A stretch of 64,000 bases of DNA from a virus (IMGVR_UViG_3300020036_003099:1-64000); one strand, 5' to 3'. Shown: positions 38,488-48,325, counted from the stretch's first letter. Numbers and translations: made by a program. Notes: a model not told the origin generated them from the letters alone.

Positions 38488-38716
38488 TTGGTGGTTACTA
38501 ATCTCATACCTTGCAGTCGGTATTTTTTGGGTGTTATTTAGAGTTACGTCAAAAAGAAGTCAAGAAGGCTTGGTTGAGTTCAGGAAAACCACGGATCGCA
38601 CAGAACAACAAGTGAACGAATTACTTGGTTTTGTGGTTATTCTTGGTATTCTGACTTGGCCTTTATCAATTATTACTTTTCTTTATAGAAATTTATTCAC
38701 AGAAGATAAGGGATAA
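38480..38716 (+). CDS. Small two-TM membrane protein
   Basis: Two hydrophobic segments. Confidence 0.55.
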   Translation: MDNWWLLISYLAVGIFWVLFRVTSKRSQEGLVEFRKTTDRTEQQVNELLGFVVILGILTWPLSIITFLYRNLFTEDKG

Positions 38717-38801
38717 GCTTAAAGATGATGTATATATTTTGAAATCCGAATTTAAATGTGCTACCAACAAAGAATTACCTGAAGGGTACGACGAGTAACT
38801 T

Positions 38802-39437
38802 ATGGGCTACATATCTTCCATTCACGGATCGGGTCAATGGGTTACCTGTACCAACTGTCGAGGTAAGGGGTATACACAAGAAACAGACTACAATTTCGAA
38901 AAATGCGAAGTCTGTAACGGATACGGACGCGTTAAAAAAGCAGAAACAAAACCAACTTTAAAAGAGGAGACTATAACTATGAGCGGTACAAACTATTCCA
39001 CAGCAGTCATGCTTTTCAATGAAGATATTAAAGCTATCAGTATCGTTTACGAACCTGACGTTGACGGTAAACCTAAACAACAAAGGTACACCTTTAAGAC
39101 TCTCAATAAGGATCTAAAGAAAGGTGATCTCGTGGTTATCCCCACAGATACCCGACACGGCTACACCGTGGTCCTCGTGGATGCTGTTGACGTGGAAGTT
39201 GACTTTGAGTCATCTGTCCAACTCAAATGGATCGTGGATAAAGTCCACGTTGAAGGTTACCAAGAGATCCTGGCAAACGAAGCCAAGCTGGTGGATGTCA
39301 TGAAGAAATCCGAAGTGCGTCATAAGAAAGAAGAGATCAAAGGAAAAGTCTTCAGCTTTGTTAAAGAGGAAGAAATTAAAGCTTTTGCTATCACACACGC
39401 CCCTGTAGTAACAGCGCTAGAATCTAAAGAGGAATAA
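38802..39437 (+). CDS. Hypothetical protein with N-terminal DnaJ-type zinc finger; second in-frame start at 38980
   Basis: CTNCRGKG and CEVCNGYG; GAGGAG RBS before ATG 38980. Confidence 0.65.
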   Translation: MGYISSIHGSGQWVTCTNCRGKGYTQETDYNFEKCEVCNGYGRVKKAETKPTLKEETITMSGTNYSTAVMLFNEDIKAISIVYEPDVDGKPKQQRYTFKTLNKDLKKGDLVVIPTDTRHGYTVVLVDAVDVEVDFESSVQLKWIVDKVHVEGYQEILANEAKLVDVMKKSEVRHKKEEIKGKVFSFVKEEEIKAFAITHAPVVTALESKEE

Positions 39438-39763
39438 AGTTTACCGAGGCGATGCTGTGATCTGGTGCCTGAGACCTCACAGAAGCAGCACCCAACAAAG
39501 GCTACTCGCATTCGCTCCTAGCCTTTCTTCGCTTCGCTCAGAAAGAAGATCCAAGGATAAGTTTATCGTGAGGTTTAAAGGGCGTAGAGCCGCTTATCCC
39601 GAAATCTTCCTAACCGAAAGTAACGCGTAAATGCCTATTTGTTCACGCTGCTGCAATAAACTGGTAAAGCGTAAATCTGATAAGTCTTACTATTGTCGTA
39701 GACATGGTTGGATAAAAGAAATTAAACCGGAACCACTAACGTATTTAACGGAAGGCCAGACTT

Positions 39764-41221
39764 ATGACACACAACCTCCTCTTGATGACAGACGTATACA
39801 AGTTCGACCATGCAGCGCAATACCCAAAAGGCACCAACAAAATCTACTCTTATTTCTGCGCGAGAAAGGCGAGTGAAGAATATGGCTCTGAAACAGTTTT
39901 CTTTGGTCTTCAATACTACCTTAAGAAATACCTCTCTAAACCTGTAACAAAGGAAAACGTAGATGAATTCAAAGATGTATGTGATTCTATCCTTGGCCCT
40001 GGTGCTGTCGATTATAACCGCTTCTATGCTTTGGCTGAACTTGGCTACTTGCCACTTAAAATTAAAGCCGTACGAGAAGGCGAAATCGTTGGTATCAAAA
40101 ACGCTCTTTTCACATTAACCAACACTCACCCAGATTTCTACTGGCTCGTTAACTACATCGAAACCTTGCTTTTAAAAGTTTGGTACCCGATGACGGTAGC
40201 GACTATCTCTCACTCTTACAGAAAGCTGTGCTCGGACTATGCTGATAGAACCTGTGATGATAAAACACAACTACCTTTTCAAATACACGACTTCGGCTAC
40301 AGAGCTGTTTCGTCTGAAGAATCAGCAGGGCTTGGCGGTGCTGCACACTTGCTCAATTTCATGGGGACAGACACTACCGCAGGAATTACCTTTTTGCGTG
40401 ACTACTATTCTGGACAATATCCAATTGGGTTGTCCGTTCCGGCCAGCGAACACTCCGTGATGTGTGCTCACAGCCCTGACAGTCACGATTACCTGGCTAT
40501 TGAGAACATGCTCAAGCAATACCCCAAAGGCATCGTGTCGATTGTCTCTGATACGTTTGATCTTTGGAGAGCTGTGGACTGGTACTGCAACGAATTGAAA
40601 GATGACATCCTAGCCAGGGAAGGTAAAGTCGTTATCCGCCCTGACTCAGGCGACCCCGAGAAGATCTTTCTAGGCAACCCTGAAGCCGGTAACGAAATGG
40701 AACGTGACGGTCTCATAGAAACCCTTTGGAAACATTTTGGAGGTACCACAAATGCAAAAGGCTTTAAAGTCCTCGATCAAAGGATCGGTGCGATTTACGG
40801 AGATGCTATTTACTTTGCGAGAGCTAGAAGAATCTTTGCAGGTCTTGCAGAAAAAGGCTTTGCTTCTTCAAACGTTGTCTTCGGTATTGGGGGTATCCTT
40901 TTACAGTGCTGCACGAGGGATACCTATGGGTGTTCTCTTAAAGCGACTTACGCAGAGGTCGAAGGCGTTCCACGAGCGATTATGAAGGCCCCTAAAACGG
41001 ATGCTGCCAAGAATAGCCATAAGGGGCCCCTAAGGCTCAATATGAGCTATACAATGGACCCAGATAAAGACGGAGCTATCCCTGGTTCTGTTGATTACAT
41101 CACGCAGCAAGAACAAACTTGGGGGCAAGAATCTACAGGGTTTTTACAAACCGTTTACGAAGACGGTAAGTTAATTGAAGATATAACTTTAGAGGAACTC
41201 CGTAAAAAGCTTATGGTTTAA
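39764..41221 (+). CDS. Nicotinamide phosphoribosyltransferase family protein (probable Namat of NARP1)
   Basis: TDVYKFDH..QYP, FFGLQYYLK, HDFGYR, GTDT, VPASEHSVM, SIVSDTFD, IRPDSGDP, IYGDAI, KKNSHKG-type motif AKNSHKG. Confidence 0.92.
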   Translation: MTHNLLLMTDVYKFDHAAQYPKGTNKIYSYFCARKASEEYGSETVFFGLQYYLKKYLSKPVTKENVDEFKDVCDSILGPGAVDYNRFYALAELGYLPLKIKAVREGEIVGIKNALFTLTNTHPDFYWLVNYIETLLLKVWYPMTVATISHSYRKLCSDYADRTCDDKTQLPFQIHDFGYRAVSSEESAGLGGAAHLLNFMGTDTTAGITFLRDYYSGQYPIGLSVPASEHSVMCAHSPDSHDYLAIENMLKQYPKGIVSIVSDTFDLWRAVDWYCNELKDDILAREGKVVIRPDSGDPEKIFLGNPEAGNEMERDGLIETLWKHFGGTTNAKGFKVLDQRIGAIYGDAIYFARARRIFAGLAEKGFASSNVVFGIGGILLQCCTRDTYGCSLKATYAEVEGVPRAIMKAPKTDAAKNSHKGPLRLNMSYTMDPDKDGAIPGSVDYITQQEQTWGQESTGFLQTVYEDGKLIEDITLEELRKKLMV

Positions 41222-41238
41222 ACAAGGTTAATTTTAGA

Positions 41239-41745
41239 ATGGGTAAAATTTGAACAAAACGTAGCAACGCCAGGAAGAAATTACTCAAAATCAGAGATGC
41301 AAAAGTGTTAGAACAAGGCAACCGTTGCTACTGGTGTACGATAGATTTCGACACTGATAACCCACCTACTACAGAGCATCTTTCACCTTTAGGTCAAGGT
41401 GGAAGTGTAAAACATCCCGATAACATCGTAGCGGCCTGTCTTTACTGCAACTCTATGCGAAATACTGTCGGCTGCTACAACTGGAAAAGGCACATACACG
41501 AATGGCGAAAAACACTTGGTTCATCTCAGACACTCACTTCAGCCACGCCAACATCATTGTCTTTGAGCATGAAGGCAAGCGTATCCGTCCTTTTCAAACG
41601 ATTGAGGAACACGATGAATTACTTGTGGAAAATTGGAACAAACTTATTAAGCCCTCAGACCGCGTATATCATCTCGGAGATGTCGTCATCAACAGAAAAG
41701 CCCTACCCATCCTCAACAGACTTAACGGGAAAAAGAAACTCATAA
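41239..41745 (+). pseudogene. HNH endonuclease with in-frame TGA at codon 5 (alternatively GTG start at 41305)
   Basis: ATG GGT AAA ATT TGA, then open frame to CYWC...EHLSP..GG...NIVAACLYCN. Confidence 0.55.
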
Positions 41746-42050
41746 AGGGAAATCATGATATATTCAAGCTGGCAGACTACGCACCTTACTTTGAAGACAT
41801 ACTTGCTTATCGCATTTATCCAAGCCATGGTGTCATTTGTAGTCACATACCTATACATCCTTGTCATTTAAAATCCCGTTGGAGGCGAAATGTCCATGGA
41901 CATCTGCACCAGAATCTGGTAAACCTAGATTACATTGGGCCTGAATACGGTGACTTCGACAATTCGCCAGACTTTAGGTACGTTAACATTTGCGTAGAAC
42001 ACACTAACTGGAAACCGGTACATTTTGACGAGGTTATAAGTAATGGTTGA
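41502..42050 (+). CDS. Calcineurin-like metallophosphoesterase
   Basis: ISDTHFSH, HLGDV, KGNHD, SHIP, NVHGHLH. Confidence 0.9.
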   Translation: MAKNTWFISDTHFSHANIIVFEHEGKRIRPFQTIEEHDELLVENWNKLIKPSDRVYHLGDVVINRKALPILNRLNGKKKLIKGNHDIFKLADYAPYFEDILAYRIYPSHGVICSHIPIHPCHLKSRWRRNVHGHLHQNLVNLDYIGPEYGDFDNSPDFRYVNICVEHTNWKPVHFDEVISNG

Positions 42051-42182
42051 AAGACAAACTGTAGTTACGAAAGACGGTTACGAACTTTGGCAAGCCGATC
42101 CTGGCTGTGAACATGTGATTATAGATCAGTTTTATTCAGGTGGCGGGTACGCTTGTAAACTCTGTGGAGGATGGCTTTGTCT

Positions 42183-42584
42183 ATGAAAAAACTGATCTAT
42201 AACGCCATAAGAACCCCTGATGGTACCGTGCTGGAATCCAGGCACGTTCACGATTACAGAACTCATGTGGATGCCAACGGAGAAACCTACATGGTTGACG
42301 GTGGTCTAAATTACACGCGCAGGATTATTAACAAGGTACCTTACGAGGAGCTGTCGCTTTATGACGATGCTCCGCATGAAGTCCAACGCGAAGTGATGAC
42401 TTGGGGAACGTATGGTATTGACGGTAAACAACCTATTCGTTACGTCAAAATAAAAAATATGTCCACGGCACACATTGAAAATGTTTTAAAGAATTGCACC
42501 CCCATTGCTCACGTTTACCTTTTTGCGTTTCACAAGGAATTAAAGTTAAGAGATTCAGGAGAATACCCACATGTTAATGATTAA
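42183..42584 (+). CDS. Conserved phage hypothetical protein
   Basis: NAIRTPDG..LES.HVHDY, VDGGL.Y.RR, WGTYG.DG motifs. Confidence 0.7.
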   Translation: MKKLIYNAIRTPDGTVLESRHVHDYRTHVDANGETYMVDGGLNYTRRIINKVPYEELSLYDDAPHEVQREVMTWGTYGIDGKQPIRYVKIKNMSTAHIENVLKNCTPIAHVYLFAFHKELKLRDSGEYPHVND

Positions 42585-42960
42585 ACAGCATCGTATCTAC
42601 CGTGTAGACTTGAAGAACAACCCTAATGTTCTGTACCTCTTTGGCGATAACCTGGCTAGGACTGGCTTTGGAGGTCAAGCCGCTGAAATGCGCGGGGAGC
42701 CCAATGCCCACGGGTTTGCCACAAAGGTTTCCCCTGGTCACAACGTTGAAGACCTCGTTTTTGACGGTAACATTTTACATAAAGCTGTTATAGATGCAGA
42801 GCTATTTTCGTTAAAGAAAAGACTTGACGAGTGCGCTTGGGATGCTGTAGTTTGGCCCCTAGACGGTATCGGTACAGGCTTGGCCGCTATGCAAGATAAC
42901 GCACCTATCCTCCTTAAATACCTTACAGATCAAATCTTCAACCTCATTGCTGAGGCGTAA
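42571..42960 (+). CDS. Conserved phage hypothetical protein
   Basis: NPNVLYLFGDN...G.GGQA..MRGEPNA.G..TK, DGIGTGLA. Confidence 0.7.
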   Translation: MLMIKQHRIYRVDLKNNPNVLYLFGDNLARTGFGGQAAEMRGEPNAHGFATKVSPGHNVEDLVFDGNILHKAVIDAELFSLKKRLDECAWDAVVWPLDGIGTGLAAMQDNAPILLKYLTDQIFNLIAEA

Positions 42961-42977
42961 AAAAGACCCCTTTCAGT

Positions 42978-44768
42978 TTGTCTAATTACGTAGCCCAAAG
43001 ACTACCCTGTGATGCCTGTGGGTCCTCAGATGGTCGTGTTCTCAATCTGGACAACACACAGCATTGTTTCGTCTGCAACAAAACCTTTTTCCCTGATAAC
43101 AAATCAGGATCTGTAAAAGAGTCTCATACACAATTGACGAAAGAACAAAAAGCCCTGGAAATAGGCGGCTATCATACATCTTTAAATTTAACCGGACACC
43201 CTTTAGCTGACCGTAAGATATCTAAAAAAACTTGCGAATTCTTTGATGTGAAGGTACGCGATGGTTTGGATGACGAATCCAATAAAGTGCCGGTTACTTC
43301 CATCGTACTTCCCTATTACAACGATAAGAAAGAGCTGGTTGCTCAAAAGATACGCACCGTAGACTCCCCTAAGGGCTACTGGGTGGGTGACGCTCAAGGT
43401 TGTACTTTATTCGGTATGAACAAGTTTCCTAACGGGGATAAGATCACGATCTGTGAAGGGGAACTTGACGCGTTGGCCTACAGGGACCTTATGGGGGATT
43501 ATCCCGTAGTTTCCATTAAGAATGGTGCTGGGGCAGCTGCCAGGGACATCCGTAAGAATCTCGATTACTTCGAGAAATTTAATCACATCTATATTTGTTT
43601 TGATGCTGATCAACCTGGACGCGAAGCTGCTAAACAGGTGGCTGAGATCTTCCCAGCAGGAAAAACAAAGATCGTCAACCTTAGGCACGCTAAGGACGCT
43701 AACGAGTACCTTCAAAAGGGTTTGTACAACGAGTTTAAGAAATCCTGGTGGGATGCAGAACCCTTTAAGCCCGAAGGTATTGTCTTTGGGACGCAGCTCC
43801 TAGAGCGTATTAAACGTAAGCTGGATGACCGTAAAGCACAGAACGGTGTTGTTTATCCCTTTAAGCTTCTCAACAAGTATACCTACGGGATTCGTACGGG
43901 AGAGATGGTTACGCTCGTCTCCGGCACCGGTATGGGAAAAAGTTCTATCCTAGCCGAAGTTATGTTCCACATTCTAAAAACCGTTGATAACTCAAAGATC
44001 GGCGTGATGATGCTCGAAGAGTCGGTAGAGATGGCAAACCTGCGGCTTATGTCCATACAAGCCAACAAACCTCTTCACCTTCCCGACACAGTGTACTCAG
44101 ACAGAGAGTTGGAACAATATGCGGCTCAAACCATCCACCTTCTCGACGATGACAATGATCCCCGCGTTATCTCTTTTGACCACTTCGGGTCTAACTCCGT
44201 TGACACTATTATTTCCAAAGTCGATTACATGGCAGCGCTTGGATGTAAATACATTTTCCTTGACCACATTTCCATACTTGTTTCTGATCAATCTAACGGG
44301 GACGAACGTAAAGCTCTTGATGAAATCGCTACAAAGTTACGCACAAAGATCCAAGAACGCGACATTTGTCTTTTCCTTGTGTCGCACCTTAGAAGACCTG
44401 GGGGCAAACCGCACGAGGAAGGTGGAGAAACTTCTTTGGCCGACATTAGGGGTACTGCTGGGATTGGACAACTTTCTGACATTGTGCTCGGATTTGAACG
44501 AAACCAACAGCACCCTAACGAATATCTTCGGGCCATCACCAAAATTCGCGTGCTCAAGAATCGGTTTTGCGGACTTACCGGCCTCACTTCCTATGTGGCC
44601 TACGACAAAGTAACAGGTCGTATCGAAGAAGTTGATCCTCTAGAAGTCGAAGCCTTAGAGCAATCTGGCGGCACTGTGAGTGAATTTCAAACAGAAGAGA
44701 ACGTGTTTGATACCCCCATCTTTGACACTACTGCCTTTGCTACCGATAAACTATCGCAGGTGGCCTAA
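42978..44768 (+). CDS. T7 gp4-like DNA primase/helicase
   Basis: CDAC..CFVC zinc finger, ICEGELDA TOPRIM, SGTGMGKS Walker A, IFLDHI, HLRRP, RGTAGIGQLSD, KNRF.G.TG. Confidence 0.95.
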   Translation: MSNYVAQRLPCDACGSSDGRVLNLDNTQHCFVCNKTFFPDNKSGSVKESHTQLTKEQKALEIGGYHTSLNLTGHPLADRKISKKTCEFFDVKVRDGLDDESNKVPVTSIVLPYYNDKKELVAQKIRTVDSPKGYWVGDAQGCTLFGMNKFPNGDKITICEGELDALAYRDLMGDYPVVSIKNGAGAAARDIRKNLDYFEKFNHIYICFDADQPGREAAKQVAEIFPAGKTKIVNLRHAKDANEYLQKGLYNEFKKSWWDAEPFKPEGIVFGTQLLERIKRKLDDRKAQNGVVYPFKLLNKYTYGIRTGEMVTLVSGTGMGKSSILAEVMFHILKTVDNSKIGVMMLEESVEMANLRLMSIQANKPLHLPDTVYSDRELEQYAAQTIHLLDDDNDPRVISFDHFGSNSVDTIISKVDYMAALGCKYIFLDHISILVSDQSNGDERKALDEIATKLRTKIQERDICLFLVSHLRRPGGKPHEEGGETSLADIRGTAGIGQLSDIVLGFERNQQHPNEYLRAITKIRVLKNRFCGLTGLTSYVAYDKVTGRIEEVDPLEVEALEQSGGTVSEFQTEENVFDTPIFDTTAFATDKLSQVA

Positions 44769-46852
44769 TGAGAGATTATGGGCGTATCGTCGTATTAGAC
44801 ACAGAGTACGATAATATCAACGCGTATAACGCCACGAAAATGTGGTGTGCGACTGCTATTGATTACCGTATAGGGCAACAATTCAAGTTTCACCCCGAGA
44901 AAGAAGGCGGTGATCAGTTCCACGATCAGTTCGGGGATAAACTTGTAGAGTTCCTTAAGGGTTACGATACGTATGTAGGTCATAACCTACACGGTGCCGA
45001 AGCGGTTGTCCTTAGGAAACTCCTAGGCTTCGAGCTGGACCCTGATAAATGTATAGATACTTTGGTTTGGTCCCGCTTGCTTCGTCCTGTGAGCCCCTTT
45101 GGGGAACTCTACGATGATTTCAAACGGAACGGCTGGGATAACCGCCATGGAGGTCACTCGTTACGTGCCTGGGGTAACCGTTTGGGTTTTCCCAAGTTGG
45201 AGTTCGACAACTTCTCTGAGTTCACCTTTGAGCAGTTGGAATACTGTATGAATGACAGCTTTGTAAACGTCAAGATCCTGGATGAATTGTTTAAAGAGAA
45301 ACGCTGCTTCGGTTTTAGTGACGAATGTTTTGACACAGAGAACTGGGCGCACCACTGGTTTATGCAGCAAGTGGAAAACGGTTTTACGTTGAACGTAGAC
45401 CGCGCCACAAAGCTGGCTAAGGAAACCGATGTTCTTTTAGAGCATTACACACACGAACTCCAAAAGGTTTTCCCTGAGCAAAAGGTTTTTGTCAAGGAAT
45501 ACACCGGAAAGAAACTTAAAGGTACTGAAGAATTAAACGCTACATCCAAAAAGTATTTACTTTCTCACTTACACGAAGAACACCCAGAGAAACCGGGGGT
45601 GTACAACATCTATCGCATGGAGACGTTTAATCCCGATAGTCCCGCGCAGGTAGCCCAAAGGCTTATCCAGGCTGGTTGGAAGCCTCGTAAGTACACCGAG
45701 ACAGGACAAGCTTCTACAGCCAAAGATGTCATAGGTGAAGCCATTGAACAGCTTGCTGATGAAATCCCTGAAGTGGCTGTACTGCATAAATACAATATTG
45801 TTGTGGATAAAAATCAAAAAGCAAAAAAATGGTTGACTCTAATTGACGAAAACAATAAGGTACATGGAGGCATTTCACACATAGGTCCTTGGACCCACAG
45901 ATGCTCACACTACCAAGAAAACATGGCAAATGTAACGAAAGTTCGTTTGGACAATCTAGGAAAACCCATAGAGGGCCTAGAGGGTAACTTTGGTTGGGAC
46001 AGCAGACACTGTTGGGTCCCCCGTAAAGGTTGGAAATTAGTTGGTTATGACGCTTCCGGTATTCAACTCCGCGCTTTATCCCATTACATGGCTGATCAAG
46101 ACTACATTCACCAGGTTTGTGAAGGTGATGTGCATACCGTTAACCAGCTTGCTGCTGGTATTAAGGATCGTCCCACGGCTAAGACCTTTATCTACGCCTG
46201 GTTACTGGGAGCAGGTGACGAGAAGATTGGTCAAGTCGTTGGTTGTGAAGAGAGTGAATACGAAGATCTCTTTAACAAAGCCAGAGTAACAGCTAGATTT
46301 AATCGCTTTAGACCCCACCAAAGGGGTCACGGTAACAAGCAGATCATGGATAAGTATGATACCCTTCTATTCTATACTGCTGATAAGCTTCGTAATGAAG
46401 GTCGCTCTGCTGATCGTGATATTGTTGCGAGAATCCTTAAGGGGCATTACGTTAAAGCCAAGTTCCTTGATGCACTACCAGCTCTTCGTCGTTTTAAAGA
46501 TGAAGACATTAAGAAAGCTGCAAGAGATGGTTTCATGATTGGTTTGGATGGTCGCAAGATTTGGGTTCCTTCTGAGCATCTTGCTATGGGCGCGTACTTA
46601 CAGGGTTTCGAAGCGGTTGTCATGAAGAAAGCCATGGATATCTCTTCTAAAGAACTAAAAGCTAAAGGCATACCATTTGGTCAATGCGCTCATATTCATG
46701 ACGAAGCCCAAATGGAAACCCCTGAGGAATGCGCTGAGGAACTCGGTAAAACCTGTGTTTGGGGAATTCAAGAAGCCGGTAAGATACTTGGATCACTTTG
46801 TCCCCTTACAGGGGAGTATCGCGTGGGGGATTCATGGGGACTGACGCATTAA
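44768..46852 (+). CDS. Family A DNA polymerase with 3'-5' exonuclease
   Basis: LDTE, GHN, DTL exo motifs; YDASGIQLR motif A, RPTAKTFIY motif B, HIHDE motif C. Confidence 0.95.
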   Translation: MRDYGRIVVLDTEYDNINAYNATKMWCATAIDYRIGQQFKFHPEKEGGDQFHDQFGDKLVEFLKGYDTYVGHNLHGAEAVVLRKLLGFELDPDKCIDTLVWSRLLRPVSPFGELYDDFKRNGWDNRHGGHSLRAWGNRLGFPKLEFDNFSEFTFEQLEYCMNDSFVNVKILDELFKEKRCFGFSDECFDTENWAHHWFMQQVENGFTLNVDRATKLAKETDVLLEHYTHELQKVFPEQKVFVKEYTGKKLKGTEELNATSKKYLLSHLHEEHPEKPGVYNIYRMETFNPDSPAQVAQRLIQAGWKPRKYTETGQASTAKDVIGEAIEQLADEIPEVAVLHKYNIVVDKNQKAKKWLTLIDENNKVHGGISHIGPWTHRCSHYQENMANVTKVRLDNLGKPIEGLEGNFGWDSRHCWVPRKGWKLVGYDASGIQLRALSHYMADQDYIHQVCEGDVHTVNQLAAGIKDRPTAKTFIYAWLLGAGDEKIGQVVGCEESEYEDLFNKARVTARFNRFRPHQRGHGNKQIMDKYDTLLFYTADKLRNEGRSADRDIVARILKGHYVKAKFLDALPALRRFKDEDIKKAARDGFMIGLDGRKIWVPSEHLAMGAYLQGFEAVVMKKAMDISSKELKAKGIPFGQCAHIHDEAQMETPEECAEELGKTCVWGIQEAGKILGSLCPLTGEYRVGDSWGLTH

Positions 46853-47094
46853 AAATTAAGTTAGCTAAAAAGCTTTTAGAATTTAACTTTTTTATCAGAC
46901 GTTTAGCTTATGTGCTCGACCCAGAACAGACGCAATCAGTGTTTAGTTTTTATTTCGACCCAGAAAAAGACAAAGTTAGATTTGTGCATAAAGCTTTGAA
47001 CGACTCTGTGTACGATAACTTTGGCATTCATTGGGCTGATTGGGTAGAAATTATTGCAGAAATGCAAAGTAGAAGAGATAACAAAATTGTTTAA
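46798..47094 (+). CDS. Hypothetical protein (start uncertain)
   Basis: Fills gap between polymerase and RNA ligase. Confidence 0.45.
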   Translation: MSPYRGVSRGGFMGTDALKIKLAKKLLEFNFFIRRLAYVLDPEQTQSVFSFYFDPEKDKVRFVHKALNDSVYDNFGIHWADWVEIIAEMQSRRDNKIV

Positions 47095-47620
47095 CGACCC
47101 TATCTTTGAAACCTTTAAACCTTTTGATAAAATATCCCGATTATTCGAACAACCCATTTGTGTCACCGAAAAAATCGACGGTACCAACGCAGTGGTTGTC
47201 ATCTCTGCAGACTGCACCGAGATCCGCGCTGGCAGCAGAACCAGATGGATTAGTCCTGAGGATGATAACTACGGGTTTGCCAAATGGGTAGAAGCCAACA
47301 AGGAAGACTTAAAGCTACTTGGGCCTGGCTATCATTTCGGTGAATGGTGGGGACAAGGTATCCAACGAGGCTACGGGATGACTAAAAAAGTCTTCTCTCT
47401 TTTCAACGTCAACAGGTGGGATAACGAATCAAGGCCAGCTTGCTGTGACGTGGTTCCAACAGTTTTCAAGGGGAAAGATTGGCCTGAAGATCCTATCCAC
47501 AAGAAACTTCCACATTCCCTCGCAGCAGCCAAATACGGCGTAACCTTTGAGGCCACCGAGGGGCTAGTCTATTGGTTCGCTAACGCTAAAATGTATTTCA
47601 AAGTTATTTGGGATAAATAA
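47054..47620 (+). CDS. RNA ligase family nucleotidyltransferase
   Basis: TEKIDGTNA motif I, AGSRTRWI, DNYGFAKWV, FGEWWGQGIQ, EGLV, KVIW. Confidence 0.8.
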   Translation: MQKCKVEEITKLFNDPIFETFKPFDKISRLFEQPICVTEKIDGTNAVVVISADCTEIRAGSRTRWISPEDDNYGFAKWVEANKEDLKLLGPGYHFGEWWGQGIQRGYGMTKKVFSLFNVNRWDNESRPACCDVVPTVFKGKDWPEDPIHKKLPHSLAAAKYGVTFEATEGLVYWFANAKMYFKVIWDK

Positions 47621-47631
47621 AAAACTTACAC

Positions 47632-47659
47632 TTGACTAACCTCGCTACTCCTGTAGAGT
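47632..47659 (+). promoter_or_regulatory. sigma70-like promoter upstream of SSB
   Basis: TTGACT-16 nt-TAGAGT; shares TCCTGTAGRGTA with the 56394 promoter. Confidence 0.6.
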
Positions 47660-47686
47660 AGCTTTTGTAAACAGAGCACGAAAACA

Positions 47687-48268
47687 TTGTCTGATTTAAA
47701 CATACAAAAACTAAAGGGCTTGGCTATGTACCCTAAAATACAAGCCGGAAACTACGACACAAAATACAAAGACACTTGGACTATTGATCTCCTTTTGGAC
47801 AAAGAAGGTTTGAAAGTAGCCAAAGCTGAAAAGCTCCGTATCAAGAAGAGTAGCATCAAAGACGGTGAAGCCGTTACAAAATACGCAGGTTTGTTTGATG
47901 GTTATGATGGGTCTTATCTCCGTCTTCAGCGCTCTGTTGTGGACGCGAACGGTGATAACCGTGAACCCCCTAAGCTCATCGATTCAAAGCTCAACCCAAT
48001 TCCCCCTTCTGTCAAAATCGGTAACGGTTCTGAAGTAAAAGTGCAGTTCATCGTTAAAGATGACGATGCCGAAACTATTAAAAAGTTCGGTGGTAAAGGT
48101 ACTTTCCTTTTGGGCGTTCAAGTTCTTAAACTGGTGGCTTACGAAGGCCGTGCAGGAGATCCTGAGAAAGACTTTGTAGAAGAAGATGGGGAATCACTCG
48201 TTTCAAGTTCCGATTTCAGTTTCGAACAAGGCGATGCTTTGGACGAAGTATTCGGAGCTCCTGCCTAA
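47687..48268 (+). CDS. T7 gp2.5-like single-stranded DNA-binding protein
   Basis: G.A.YPK, IGNGSEVKV, LLGVQVLKLVAY, acidic C-terminus. Confidence 0.8.
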   Translation: MSDLNIQKLKGLAMYPKIQAGNYDTKYKDTWTIDLLLDKEGLKVAKAEKLRIKKSSIKDGEAVTKYAGLFDGYDGSYLRLQRSVVDANGDNREPPKLIDSKLNPIPPSVKIGNGSEVKVQFIVKDDDAETIKKFGGKGTFLLGVQVLKLVAYEGRAGDPEKDFVEEDGESLVSSSDFSFEQGDALDEVFGAPA

Positions 48269-48281
48269 AGGTTCTACACAG

Positions 48282-48325
48282 AGAAACCCCAGGGGATTTT
48301 CTCCTTGGCCCCTGGGGTTTTCTTT
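48282..48325 (+). terminator. Rho-independent terminator
   Basis: AAACCCCAGGGG/CCCCTGGGGTTT stem followed by TCTTT. Confidence 0.7.
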
